From Aquificaceae bacterium (lineage in GTDB: Bacteria > Aquificota > Aquificia > Aquificales > Aquificaceae): a stretch of 64,000 bases of DNA. The position numbers and the translations under genes were made by a program. The stretch is taken from positions 14,385 through 78,384 of the forward strand of contig JBKBHW010000002.1 in the NCBI GenBank assembly GCA_046297555.1, given 5' to 3'. The number at the start of each line of letters is the position of its first letter. The first letter of the stretch is position 1. A model generated the notes under the pieces. It was not told the DNA's origin and did not search any database. It saw nothing but the letters and a program-made list of their open reading frames with translations. This document shows positions 10,936-19,794 of this stretch, piece after piece.

Positions 10936-11044
10936 AGCTATATTATACCACCTTTCTCCCTTATCATAGTTTAAGTTTATAGAGAGTAGTACAGACATTC
11001 TTACCTGTGCCTATGGCACAGAAAATGTTAAAATTTTATAAGTT

Positions 11045-11836
11045 ATGAAAAAGCCGGAGAGAAAAACTAAGAGAACGGAAAGCTTCAAAAAAACCCTCTT
11101 TAGAATACTTCCAAAGCTGCTTGAAAAGGATGAGAGCTTTAGGGCTCAATTTATAACTTTTCTCAAGCCTTACTTTGCTGAGAAGGAAAAGACGGAGGAG
11201 AGGTTTAACATCCTCCTTGAGGAGATAAAAATCCTAAGAGAAGAGGGTGAAAGAAGATGGCAGGAGGCTATAAGAAGGCTTGACGAGCAAGAAAGAAGAC
11301 TTGAGGAACACTCAAAGATATTACAAGAGCATAGTAAAAAACTTGAAGAACATTCAAAGAAATTGGAGCTTCTCACACGGGAGCTTATCTCCTTGAGAAA
11401 AAGGCAAGATGTGCAGATCGGTGCCTTGGGAGCCAGATGGGGCTTGAAAACGGAAAGGTCTTTTAGAAATGCGGTAAAAGGGCTTATGGAGGAATACCTT
11501 CCTGTTAAAGTGGAAAGGTATGAGGTTATTGACTATGAGGGAGAAGTTTTTGATGGGAGGCCGGGCAAGGTGGTAGAGCTGGACCTTATTATAGAAGACG
11601 GAAAGCTCATAGTGGCAGAAATTAAATCTTCTGTAAGCGTGGGTGATGTTTTGCTTTTTGAAAAAAAAGTAAAGTTTTTTGAGAAAAAAGAGGGAAAAAA
11701 GCCTTACAAAAAAGTGATAATATCACCCATGGTAGAGCCAAAGGCTTTGGAGTTTTGCAAGGACCTTGGCATTGTAGTATATACAGATGTGCCCATAGGA
11801 GAGGAAGAGTTTAACGAAGGTTTAAAGGATGAGTAA
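11045..11836 (+). CDS. Coiled-coil protein with C-terminal PD-(D/E)XK-like domain (DUF3782-type)
   Basis: Heptad repeats (LEEHSKK), then IGALGARWGL...F, GEVFDGRPG..ELDLII...AEIKS, characteristic of the archaeal/Aquificae DUF3782 class. Confidence 0.75.
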   Translation: MKKPERKTKRTESFKKTLFRILPKLLEKDESFRAQFITFLKPYFAEKEKTEERFNILLEEIKILREEGERRWQEAIRRLDEQERRLEEHSKILQEHSKKLEEHSKKLELLTRELISLRKRQDVQIGALGARWGLKTERSFRNAVKGLMEEYLPVKVERYEVIDYEGEVFDGRPGKVVELDLIIEDGKLIVAEIKSSVSVGDVLLFEKKVKFFEKKEGKKPYKKVIISPMVEPKALEFCKDLGIVVYTDVPIGEEEFNEGLKDE

Positions 11837-12647
11837 TGTTGAGCTTTGGAAAAACTTGGTGGAAAAAAGGCTTAGAGAAATTCTTAGGTCCTTTGAGCCC
11901 CAAATCCTTTATGAGGCCATGTCTTATTACCTTTTTCAAGAAGGAAAGCGCATAAGGCCCCTTTTTCTATGCACCGTATGTAATGCCCTCGGTGGCTCTG
12001 TGGAGGACGCTATCACCGTAGGTTGTGCCGTTGAGATGGTGCATAACTATTCTTTGATCCATGATGACCTTCCGGCCTTGGATAACGACAGCTTTAGAAG
12101 GGGTAAGCCTTCCTGCCATGTGGCCTTTGGTGAGGATATGGCCATATTGGCTGGAGATGCCCTCCTTACCTATGCCTTTGAGGTTTTGGCCAATAAAGAA
12201 AACTTTAGGTCCTTGGAAGAGGGCCAACTCCTTTCTTTGATAGGCCTTTTGGCAAAGAAGGCGGGCTTTGAAGGTATGGTGGGGGGACAGGTTTTGGACA
12301 TAAAAAAGCTCTCAGACCAATGGGAGATCAGCCTCAAAAAGACAGCAGAACTCTTCTCCTTTTGCTTCCTTGCCGGTGGAATATTGGCCAAGAGATACGA
12401 CCTTTTAAAGGGCCTTGAAGATCTGGGCTTAAAGGTGGGCCTTCTTTTTCAGATGGTGGACGATTACAAAGACAAGGATGGCTTTTACAATTCCTTGGGA
12501 GATAGCCTTTTGGAAAGGGTGGAAGACCTTAGAAAAGAATGCTATCAAAGGGCCAAATCAATTGGGGTGTTTGTAGAAGAGTTTGAAGAGTTGCTCGCCT
12601 TGGTTGTTGGCGGAGGGGGAGGGATTCGAACCCCCGGTGGGCTGTAA
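11829..12647 (+). CDS. ispA: Polyprenyl (farnesyl/geranylgeranyl) diphosphate synthase
   Basis: GKRIRP, SLIHDDLPALDNDSFRRGKP, GGQVLDI, KTAELF, FQMVDD motifs. Confidence 0.9.
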   Translation: MSNVELWKNLVEKRLREILRSFEPQILYEAMSYYLFQEGKRIRPLFLCTVCNALGGSVEDAITVGCAVEMVHNYSLIHDDLPALDNDSFRRGKPSCHVAFGEDMAILAGDALLTYAFEVLANKENFRSLEEGQLLSLIGLLAKKAGFEGMVGGQVLDIKKLSDQWEISLKKTAELFSFCFLAGGILAKRYDLLKGLEDLGLKVGLLFQMVDDYKDKDGFYNSLGDSLLERVEDLRKECYQRAKSIGVFVEEFEELLALVVGGGGGIRTPGGL

Positions 12648-12698
12648 ACCCACTGGTGATTTCAAATCACCCGCCTTCGTCCACTCGGCCACCCCTCC
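12608..12698 (-). tRNA. tRNA-Ser(TGA), CCA encoded
   Basis: Reverse complement GGAGGGGTGGCCGAGTGG...GATTTGAAATC...long variable arm...GGTTCGAATCCCTCCCCCTCCGCCA. Confidence 0.96.
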
Positions 12699-12770
12699 AG
12701 ATGATATTATTATAAGCCGAAGTCAAAGGGTTAATAACTCAAAAAGTCTAAAAATTCCCTTTAATATTTT

Positions 12771-13232
12771 GTTGTTCAGAAATTCAAGTTTATATGCTGG
12801 GTGAGAAATTCAAATTGTCCCTTGTGTATAACATAACAGCTCCTACTCCCTGCGTAGTTTCATAAAAGGTGGCACAGGCATCCTGCCTGTGCGAAGAGAA
12901 TCAATCAAAGGGCATGTGCAAAGGTGCCCGCTCCACCGACTATTAAATAATAGATCTAAGGAATGTTTCTTTTTCTTTTTTGTAGGGGCACGCTGCGGCG
13001 TGCCCCTACCACGGAATTCTTTATTTTCGCACCAAAGTTGTTCAGAAATTCAAGTTTATTCAGCAAAGTCTTTGGCAACCATAAAGGTTTTACCTACGAT
13101 ATATAGTAGGGTGTGTTATGAGGTAATGCGGGCATCCATGCCCGCGTATTTTGATTAAATCTTTTTCCACAGGCAGGGATGTTTGTGCTACCCTTCATAA
13201 AAGGAAGGGGCTATGTTGCTATTATGCAATAA
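12771..13232. repeat. Complex REP/MITE cluster with a 23-bp direct repeat
   Basis: Terminus at 12793-12810; type-B REP 12869-12892; type-C palindrome 12982-13009; A+B doublet at 13123-13146 and 13168-13191; identical GTTGTTCAGAAATTCAAGTTTAT at 12771-12793 and 13037-13059. Confidence 0.85.
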
Positions 13233-13234
13233 AC

Positions 13235-13978
13235 CTATTTTACCAGCTTATTTAGATCTTCTTCCGTAGGTACTCCAGAATGCATATTGCCATTCATGCC
13301 TATAAAGGTGGGTGTTCCGCTTATGCCGAGCTTGCTTAAAAACTCAAGATTGTCTTGAATAGCCTTTTTGCCTTCTTCACACTGGTTTTGGGAGTTATAC
13401 CCTTCTGCATACTCCTTAAAGCCCTTCTTATCGCATACCAATGCCACTGACTTTCCAAAGGCTTCAGGATGGATGGGGAGTGGGAAGAGTATTAGTTTGA
13501 TCTCTACATTGTTCCTCTTTGCCCAATCTTCTACAATAGGATTACTTCTTTTACAGAAGGGACAATCTGGGTCTGTTATAAAGTATATGTACTTGTTCCC
13601 TTCTCCAAACCTTATATTCACATGTTTTTCAAGCTCCTTTAGTTGATCTTGAGAAACTTTCATAAACTCCTGCTGCCTTTCTCGGGTAATGTTCTTTTTG
13701 TCTTTTAGGCTTATAAGGTTGCCTGCCAAAATATATTGACCTTGCCCGTCCATATAGAAAACAAGGGGCTGGGTGCCTACCTTTACTACCACCTCACAAA
13801 GGCCCTTTATATCCTGAAGCTGTGTTACCGACTCTACGGTAAAGTCCTGAGGTATAAGCTCTTTTACTTGTGTTTTAACTTGGTCCTTTGTTGGGCATTT
13901 GGCAGAACCTTGACCACATGCTCCAGCGCCAAGCAAGGCTACCGATAAAACAGATATAAGACCAACCTTTTTTAGCAT
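13235..13978 (-). CDS. DsbC/DsbG-like thiol-disulfide isomerase, predicted lipoprotein
   Basis: Signal peptide ending LLGAGAC, dimerisation region (YILAGNLI), ITDPDCPFC active site, SGTPT cis-Pro loop. Start trimmed to 13978 (AGGAGG RBS). Confidence 0.85.
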   Translation of the reverse strand: MLKKVGLISVLSVALLGAGACGQGSAKCPTKDQVKTQVKELIPQDFTVESVTQLQDIKGLCEVVVKVGTQPLVFYMDGQGQYILAGNLISLKDKKNITRERQQEFMKVSQDQLKELEKHVNIRFGEGNKYIYFITDPDCPFCKRSNPIVEDWAKRNNVEIKLILFPLPIHPEAFGKSVALVCDKKGFKEYAEGYNSQNQCEEGKKAIQDNLEFLSKLGISGTPTFIGMNGNMHSGVPTEEDLNKLVK

Positions 13979-14059
13979 AACATCCTCCTTTTTGAAAGCA
14001 ATTATAAAATAGGTTATCCCTTTTTGCAAGGTAAATAGAATAGTTTATTTCTTGTGCCA

Positions 14060-14270
14060 TACCACAGATGAGAAATTGTCTTTTGGGTAGATGTGTAATG
14101 CTTTTGATTTAGGTCCATTGCGTACGCGTAGCATTAGGTAGCGCGGGCATCCTTGCCCGCGCCTCTTGGTTAAATCTTCTTACACAGGCAGGATGCTTGT
14201 GCTACCTTTCATAAACTTAAACTACGGGAGGAAAAAAAAGAGCCTTTATGTTATCACGCAAGAAGTTTTA
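14060..14270. repeat. REP/MITE-family copy lacking the right terminus
   Basis: Decayed terminus 14060-14077, type-A REP 14138-14161, inverted type-B 14183-14205, AAAGAGCCTTTATGTTATCACGCAAGAAG module. Confidence 0.85.
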
Positions 14271-14280
14271 TATTTAAGCT

Positions 14281-14388
14281 ATGCCACATTTAACCCTTGA
14301 TATGTTACAGCTTTTAGAGGAAAGGCTGGGAAAGGAAGAAGCCAAGAAGGTGGCGGAGGCTATTCAGAAGGCTTTGGTGCACAAATAA
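14281..14388 (+). pseudogene. 35-aa remnant resembling the N-terminus of an Aquificae coiled-coil (DUF1640-like) protein
   Basis: Hand translation MPHLTLDMLQLLEERLGKEEAKKVAEAIQKALVHK*, with genome-typical codon usage inside an otherwise repeat-filled spacer. Family resemblance is from recall only. Confidence 0.45.
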
Positions 14389-14392
14389 AGAA

Positions 14393-14512
14393 GTCCTTGA
14401 TAGTAGCGCACTGCAGCATGCCTCTAAAAAAGAGGGGGAAAGAACCCTACCTTTGTCAAAAGAAGATGCCACGCCTATGCGGTGGTCTGAATCAAAAAAA
14501 TTTATGCACCAA
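14393..14512. repeat. ~110-bp dispersed repeat, copy 1 (copy 2 at 27147-27250)
   Basis: GTCCTTGATAGTAGC...CTTTGTC..A.AAGAT.CCACGC.TATGCGGTG.TCTGAATCAAAAAAATTTATGCACCAA shared with 27147-27250 apart from an ~20-bp indel. Confidence 0.75.
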
Positions 14513-14548
14513 CGCCCCCAGCGTGTGTATTAGTTTATAATATAAGGC

Positions 14549-15634
14549 ATGAAGCTCAGAATAGACAAAGAAGACTTTCTATCTGCCCTTCAGAAGGCAA
14601 AAAACGCTACGGAGAAAAAATCTGCCTTGCCTATATTAAACAACTTCCTTTTGAAAGTGGAAGACGGCAAGCTAAAAATAAGTGCCACAGACCTTGAAAA
14701 CTTTTTATCCTTAGAGGTTTCTGCGGAGGTGGAAGAGGAAGGTTCTGTAGCCGTAAATGCAGATAAGCTTACAAGCATAGTTAAGGGCTTGCCTTCCGCC
14801 ACAACCACCCTTGAGCTAAAGGAGGACAAATTAATATTAAGCGGGGGAAGAAGCACCTTTAAGCTCACAACCCTTGACCCAGAGGACTTTCCAGAGTTTC
14901 CAACTCCACAGACTTCTACAGAGTTTCCGGCTATGGACCTTCTCAAGGCCATAGATAAAGTAGAATATGCCATCTCAAAGGAAGATTCACGATATGCCCT
15001 TCAAGGGCTTTATGTGCACGAGGTGGACGGCAAGACTCACTTTGTAGGCTCCGATGGACATAGGTTGGCGCTTTTTTGGAGAAACTCCCCTTTCCCTATA
15101 GAGCTTCTCATACCCAAAAAGAGCCTAAAGGTTATAGAAGGGTTGGTAAAAGACTATTTAGGGCGTGTTCATTGTGGGAAGGATGAATCCTTTATACATT
15201 TTACAGGTGAGGATTGGAAGCTTTCTGTAAGGTTTTTGGAGGGTGAATATCCCGACTATATGGCCGTCATACCCACAAGCTTTAACTATGAGGCACTTGT
15301 AGACAAGTCCAGCTTCCTTGAAAGCCTTAAAAGACTTTCCAACATAGCCGAATCCTCCGCCTTCCCAGTAAAGATAACCTTTTCCAACCATATAGCCATA
15401 CTTGAGATATCCGACCCGGAGTACGGAGAAGGAAGGGATGAGGTAGATGTGGATTATGATGGTGAAGCGGTGGAGATAGGTTTTAACGGCAAATATCTCA
15501 TAGAAGCTTTGGATAGCTTTGATGTAAATAAGGTGTGGATAAAGATAGTGGATCCAGACAGCGCCGTAGTTATAGAATCGGATGATAGTGAAAAAGATCC
15601 CTACCTTTGTGTAGTTATGCCCATGAGGCTCTAA
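14549..15634 (+). CDS. dnaN: DNA polymerase III beta clamp
   Basis: ATDLE, SDGHRLA, EGEYPDY, GFNGKYL and VVMPMRL motifs; 361 aa. Confidence 0.98.
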   Translation: MKLRIDKEDFLSALQKAKNATEKKSALPILNNFLLKVEDGKLKISATDLENFLSLEVSAEVEEEGSVAVNADKLTSIVKGLPSATTTLELKEDKLILSGGRSTFKLTTLDPEDFPEFPTPQTSTEFPAMDLLKAIDKVEYAISKEDSRYALQGLYVHEVDGKTHFVGSDGHRLALFWRNSPFPIELLIPKKSLKVIEGLVKDYLGRVHCGKDESFIHFTGEDWKLSVRFLEGEYPDYMAVIPTSFNYEALVDKSSFLESLKRLSNIAESSAFPVKITFSNHIAILEISDPEYGEGRDEVDVDYDGEAVEIGFNGKYLIEALDSFDVNKVWIKIVDPDSAVVIESDDSEKDPYLCVVMPMRL

Positions 15635-17051
15635 GTATGAGCCTTCTGTTGGCCTCTGCTTCTTTTATTCTCCTTACAGGTGTTTTGGTGGGCATGTTTT
15701 TTATCGCCTCTGGATTTTCCCTTGCAAGCTTTATTATCTCCTTCAAGGCCATGGCAAAACTTTCAATGCTTTGAGGGCTCTCCGTCTCCGTTGGCTCTAT
15801 CATAAGGGCTTCCTTCACCGTAAGGGGAAAATAGATAGTGGGAGCATAAAAGCCTTTTTGCAGTAAGGCTTTGGCCAAGTCTACTGCTTTTATATCATAC
15901 CTTAAAAGGTTTTGGGCAGAAAGTACAAACTCGTGCATGCAAGGCACGCCTTCATAAAGGTCAAGGAGAAGGTTCTTTAAAAGATGTCTAAGATAATTGG
16001 CATTAAGCACTGCATACTGGGCCACCTTTTTAATTTCATTGCCGTAAGAAAGGATGTAGGCAAAGGCTCTTAACATAACACCCACATGTCCATAGAAGGC
16101 AAGGATTTTCCCCACGCTTTTGGGTCTATCCCATTCTAACCTGTATTCCCTGCCATCAAAAACCACTTGAGGCACAGGAAGATAAGGCTCAAGCTTGTCC
16201 GACACGCCTATGGCACCACCTCCCGGACCACCACCACCATGGGGAGTGGAAAATGTCTTATGAAGGTTAAAATGCATCACATCTACGCCCCAATCACCCG
16301 GCCTTGCCAGACCCACAAGGGCGTTCATGTTGGCACCATCCATATAAAGCAAGGCATCCTTTTCATGCAGAGCTTTTGCAACCTCCCTTATCTTACTTTC
16401 AAATATGCCAAGGGTATTGGGGTTTGTTATCATAAGACAAGCCACATCCTCCCTTAAATTCCTTTGGAAATCATCCCAGTCAAGCTCACCCCTTTCATTG
16501 CTTTTTATAGTTATCACCTCAAAGCCGCAAAGGCTTGCAGTGGCTGGATTGGTACCATGGGATGTATCCGGTACAAGCACCTTGTTTTTGTGTGTATTGC
16601 CCCTATCCCTGTGATAAGCCAATATCATCATTAAACCCAAAAGCTCACCATGAGCGCCAGCGGCAGGCTGCAAGGAAACTTCTTTAAACCCTCCTATCTC
16701 CTTTAAAAGCTCTTTTAGTTCATACATCAACCTTAAGACACCTTGAGCCTTCTCCTTTGGAGTGGTAGGATGCACATTTTTAAAACTGTCAAGGTTTGCA
16801 AGCTCCTCATTTATCCTTGGATTGTACTTCATAGTACAAGATCCAAGGGGCACCATGGTTGTATCTATGGCGTAGTTTAGCTGGGATAGCCTTGTGTAGT
16901 GTCTTACCACATCAAGCTCAGAAACTTCTGGAAAGTTTAATTCCTCCCTGTAGTATTCTCCAAGATAACTTTTGATATCAATCCTATCCACGTCAAGCTT
17001 TGGAAGTCTGTAGCCTCTTCTACCTTTGGAAGAAAGCTCAAATATAAGCAT
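15615..17051 (-). CDS. gcvPB: Glycine dehydrogenase (decarboxylating) subunit 2
   Basis: PLGSCTMKYNP, QPAAGAHGE, HGTNPATA and PLP lysine HFNLHKTFSTPHGGGGPG. True start ATG 17051 (the longer ORF extension overlaps recR). Confidence 0.96.
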   Translation of the reverse strand: MLIFELSSKGRRGYRLPKLDVDRIDIKSYLGEYYREELNFPEVSELDVVRHYTRLSQLNYAIDTTMVPLGSCTMKYNPRINEELANLDSFKNVHPTTPKEKAQGVLRLMYELKELLKEIGGFKEVSLQPAAGAHGELLGLMMILAYHRDRGNTHKNKVLVPDTSHGTNPATASLCGFEVITIKSNERGELDWDDFQRNLREDVACLMITNPNTLGIFESKIREVAKALHEKDALLYMDGANMNALVGLARPGDWGVDVMHFNLHKTFSTPHGGGGPGGGAIGVSDKLEPYLPVPQVVFDGREYRLEWDRPKSVGKILAFYGHVGVMLRAFAYILSYGNEIKKVAQYAVLNANYLRHLLKNLLLDLYEGVPCMHEFVLSAQNLLRYDIKAVDLAKALLQKGFYAPTIYFPLTVKEALMIEPTETESPQSIESFAMALKEIIKLARENPEAIKNMPTKTPVRRIKEAEANRRLILRASWA

Positions 17052-17075
17052 GGCTAAAAATTTTATAATGTTTTC

Positions 17076-17690
17076 ATGGCATATGATGATGTTCTTCCCG
17101 AGTCTATAAAAGATGCCTTGGAAAAGCTCATGCTTATACCCACCTACGGAGAAAGGGGTGCGGGAAGGTTTCTTTATAACCTTTTGAAGATGCCAAAGGA
17201 GAAGAGGTTGGAAGTCATGAAGAGCCTCAGCAAGGCTGCAGAAAGTATAAAACCTTGTGCGGAGTGTGGTGTTTATACAGAGGAGGAAGTATGTAAAATA
17301 TGTGCCAACCCCAAAAGAAGCAAAAGGTTTATCTGCGTAGTAGAAGAACCACAGGATGCCTTTGCCATAGAAAAGTTGGAAAGGTACACAGGTGTCTACC
17401 ATGTGCTTGGAGGGAGGATAGCACCCCTTGAAGGCATATCACCCAACGACCTCAACATAGACAAACTATTGGAAAGGATAGAAAGGTACTCGGTTAAAGA
17501 GGTTATCCTTGCCACAAACCCTAATGTGGAAGGAGAGGCAACGGCCTTATATTTGGCAAGGCTAATAAGGAAACAGTTCCCAAGCGTAAAGGTAACGCGT
17601 ATATCTCATGGCTTACAGTTTGGCTCTTTAATAGAGTTTGCAGATGAGCTATCTTTGGAAAAATCTATAGAAAATAGAAAATCCCTCTGA
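17076..17690 (+). CDS. recR: Recombination mediator RecR
   Basis: C4 zinc finger (CAECG...CKIC), ICVVEEP, YHVLGG, EVILATNPNVEGEATA Toprim motif. Confidence 0.96.
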   Translation: MAYDDVLPESIKDALEKLMLIPTYGERGAGRFLYNLLKMPKEKRLEVMKSLSKAAESIKPCAECGVYTEEEVCKICANPKRSKRFICVVEEPQDAFAIEKLERYTGVYHVLGGRIAPLEGISPNDLNIDKLLERIERYSVKEVILATNPNVEGEATALYLARLIRKQFPSVKVTRISHGLQFGSLIEFADELSLEKSIENRKSL

Positions 17691-18400
17691 TCCCTTTTGA
17701 GTATTTTTATATTAACTTCAGGCTTGAGAGTTTTAAGCCTTCTGGGTATGCCAATATCGTACTCATCAGCATGCCCTTTCCCCACCAGTACCACCACCTT
17801 ATATTCAGGGTATTCTTCCAAAAGCCTTGCTATAGCAAGAGCCATCCCATTGTCCCAAGCCTTTTGGATATCAAAAAACCTCTTTTCTTCAACCTTTGGA
17901 TGGGAGGCAAGCACATCTCTTAAACTTTGTCTTTCTTTCTCGCTCAGGTCTATTATTGGATGGGGCAGGCTTTCATCCCCCCTTACCCTTTCCAAGCCAT
18001 CCCTTCTTATCCTCTGCACCAACTCAGAGGGTATATTTATAGCCACTATCCTTATAGCCCTTTCCTTAGCAAACATCCATATGTCTCTGTAAAGGGCTGG
18101 GTCAAAGCCCCACCTTTTGGCATACTCCGTCTTTTTTAACATCTCCCCCTCATCTATCTGGCAGCTTATATACTGGTCAAGGAACACTTGAAAGGGCTGT
18201 TGAAACATTTCCATAGCTATAAGTATTTTGTATCCACTCAAGTGAAGATATTTAATTACTTCAAGTTGAAATCTATGATCTTCTTCATTTGTATGCTCCT
18301 CGGGAATAAATATTACATGATATTTATCAAGGATATCTTTTGAAGCTTCTGCGCTTTTTGCGGCTAAAAACATGGTTATGATGAACAAAATTATAAACAT
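17606..18400 (-). CDS. ChaN-family (haem-uptake/Tiki-like) exported protein
   Basis: FIPEEH...HRFQL, IAMEMF, WGFDPALY, AWDNGMA, VLVGKGH pattern; hydrophobic N-terminus. Start uncertain. Confidence 0.7.
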   Translation of the reverse strand: MFIILFIITMFLAAKSAEASKDILDKYHVIFIPEEHTNEEDHRFQLEVIKYLHLSGYKILIAMEMFQQPFQVFLDQYISCQIDEGEMLKKTEYAKRWGFDPALYRDIWMFAKERAIRIVAINIPSELVQRIRRDGLERVRGDESLPHPIIDLSEKERQSLRDVLASHPKVEEKRFFDIQKAWDNGMALAIARLLEEYPEYKVVVLVGKGHADEYDIGIPRRLKTLKPEVNIKILKRDQRDFLFSIDFSKDSSSANSIKEPNCKP

Positions 18401-18449
18401 GATGTATAATTTTAATACTATGAAAAAAATTTCCAAAAGGAGGAGTAAG

Positions 18450-18692
18450 ATGGCAAGGAAACCCAGAAAAAAAGGCGGCGCAAGGTATAAGAGGGTTGTT
18501 CTTTCCCTACCAAAGAGGCTTTATTATGTGCTAAACGGCATAGCCATGGGAGATGAACGCAAGCTAAACAGACTTATAAAAGGCATACTTGAAGATAAGC
18601 TCATGGAATCCACAGTAGCCGAACTTGAGCTATACCTTGGTAGAGGAGAAGAGGAGGAAGAGGAAGAAGAAGGGGAAGTTCAAGAACAGTAA
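18450..18692 (+). CDS. Small ribbon-helix-helix-like DNA-binding protein with basic N-terminus and poly-Glu tail
   Basis: AGGAGGAG RBS before ATG 18450; RVVLSLPKRLY beta-strand/helix pattern; GEEEEEEEEGEVQEQ tail. Fold is inferred. Confidence 0.6.
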   Translation: MARKPRKKGGARYKRVVLSLPKRLYYVLNGIAMGDERKLNRLIKGILEDKLMESTVAELELYLGRGEEEEEEEEGEVQEQ

Positions 18693-19741
18693 TGATAAGT
18701 AAGAGGGTCCTCTCCCTCTCCCCTTACAAAACGGAAACAACTCAGGCCAAGGTAAAGCTTTCTTCCAATGAACTGTCCATTGATTTTCCAGAAGAGGTAA
18801 AGAGGCGCATAGCGGAAGAAGTATACAAGATACCCCTTCATCGCTATCCAGACCCAGAGGCCACTCTTTTAAAGGAAGCTCTGGCAGAAAGGCTTGGTGT
18901 AAAGCCAGAGAACCTATTGCTTGGCAACGGATCCGATGAGCTCATCTATTACCTTTCTATAAGCATAGGGGAGTTTGATAGGGGGGTTTTCTATCCTGTG
19001 CCCACCTTCTCCATGTACGGCATATCTGCACAAGTGCTTGGAAGAGAAAAGGTTGAGGCAAGCTTAGATGAAGCATTTGACATAGACATAAAGAAGAGTT
19101 TAGAGCTTATAGAGGAGAAAAAGCCAATCATAGCTTACTTTGCCTACCCCAACAACCCTACGGGCAATTGCTTTAGTGAGGATAGGATAAGGAGGATAAG
19201 GGAAAAAGGGCTTTTTGTAGTGGTGGATGAAGCTTATTATTCATACTCTGGAAAGACCTTTTTAGAGGAAGCCTTGGATAGGGAAGATACGGTTGTGCTG
19301 CGCACACTATCCAAGGTAGGCATGGCTGGGCTTAGAATAGGCATCCTTGTAGGAAAGGAAGAAGTAATAAGGGAGCTAAACAAAGTAAGGCTGCCCTTTA
19401 ACATAACCTATCCATCGCAGGTTATAGCAAGGCTCCTACTAAGGGAGTTTTATCACATAATAGAAAAGGCTGTAAGGGCAGTCGTAGAAGAAAGGGAGAG
19501 GGTATACAGAGAGCTATCAAAGATGGAGGGTATAAAGGTGTATCCATCGGAGGCAAACTTTATACTCTTTAAAAGCCTTAGCATGCCAGCAGACCTGTTT
19601 CACAAAAGGCTTTTGGAGGAAGGAGTGCTTATCAGAAACTTTTCTTATATGTTGCCACAAGCCCTTAGGGTAAGCATAGGCAAACCACAAGAGAATGATG
19701 CCTTTTTGGAGGCTGTAGGGAAGGTTCTCAAAAACTCTTGA
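18692..19741 (+). CDS. hisC: Histidinol-phosphate aminotransferase
   Basis: KLSSNE, RYPDP, GNGSDELI, PNNPTG, DEAY, RTLSKVGMAGLRIG motifs. Confidence 0.95.
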   Translation: MISKRVLSLSPYKTETTQAKVKLSSNELSIDFPEEVKRRIAEEVYKIPLHRYPDPEATLLKEALAERLGVKPENLLLGNGSDELIYYLSISIGEFDRGVFYPVPTFSMYGISAQVLGREKVEASLDEAFDIDIKKSLELIEEKKPIIAYFAYPNNPTGNCFSEDRIRRIREKGLFVVVDEAYYSYSGKTFLEEALDREDTVVLRTLSKVGMAGLRIGILVGKEEVIRELNKVRLPFNITYPSQVIARLLLREFYHIIEKAVRAVVEERERVYRELSKMEGIKVYPSEANFILFKSLSMPADLFHKRLLEEGVLIRNFSYMLPQALRVSIGKPQENDAFLEAVGKVLKNS

Positions 19742-19794
19742 CAAATGATAAAAATTTGCATATAATAAAAGATAAAATCAAGGAGGAAAAGGCC

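Noticed and set aside
14385-14430. PIN/VapC toxin remnant (KEVLDSSAL; REVLDSSPL at about 27141-27170)
   Set aside because: Only about 9 residues of resemblance, with no start codon or continuing frame. It cannot be separated from chance within a repeat.
17052-17402. 595-aa version of gcvPB and other extended ORF-track starts (ispF, sHdrH, psiE, queC, pyrF, leuS-beta, glcD)
   Set aside because: The extensions overlap genes or tRNAs on either strand and precede the recognisable family N-terminus. I trimmed them to the conserved start.
18652-18680. GAGGAGGAA tract as a phase-variable microsatellite
   Set aside because: It is an imperfect GAR codon run encoding poly-Glu. Slippage would keep the frame, so it is not an on/off switch.
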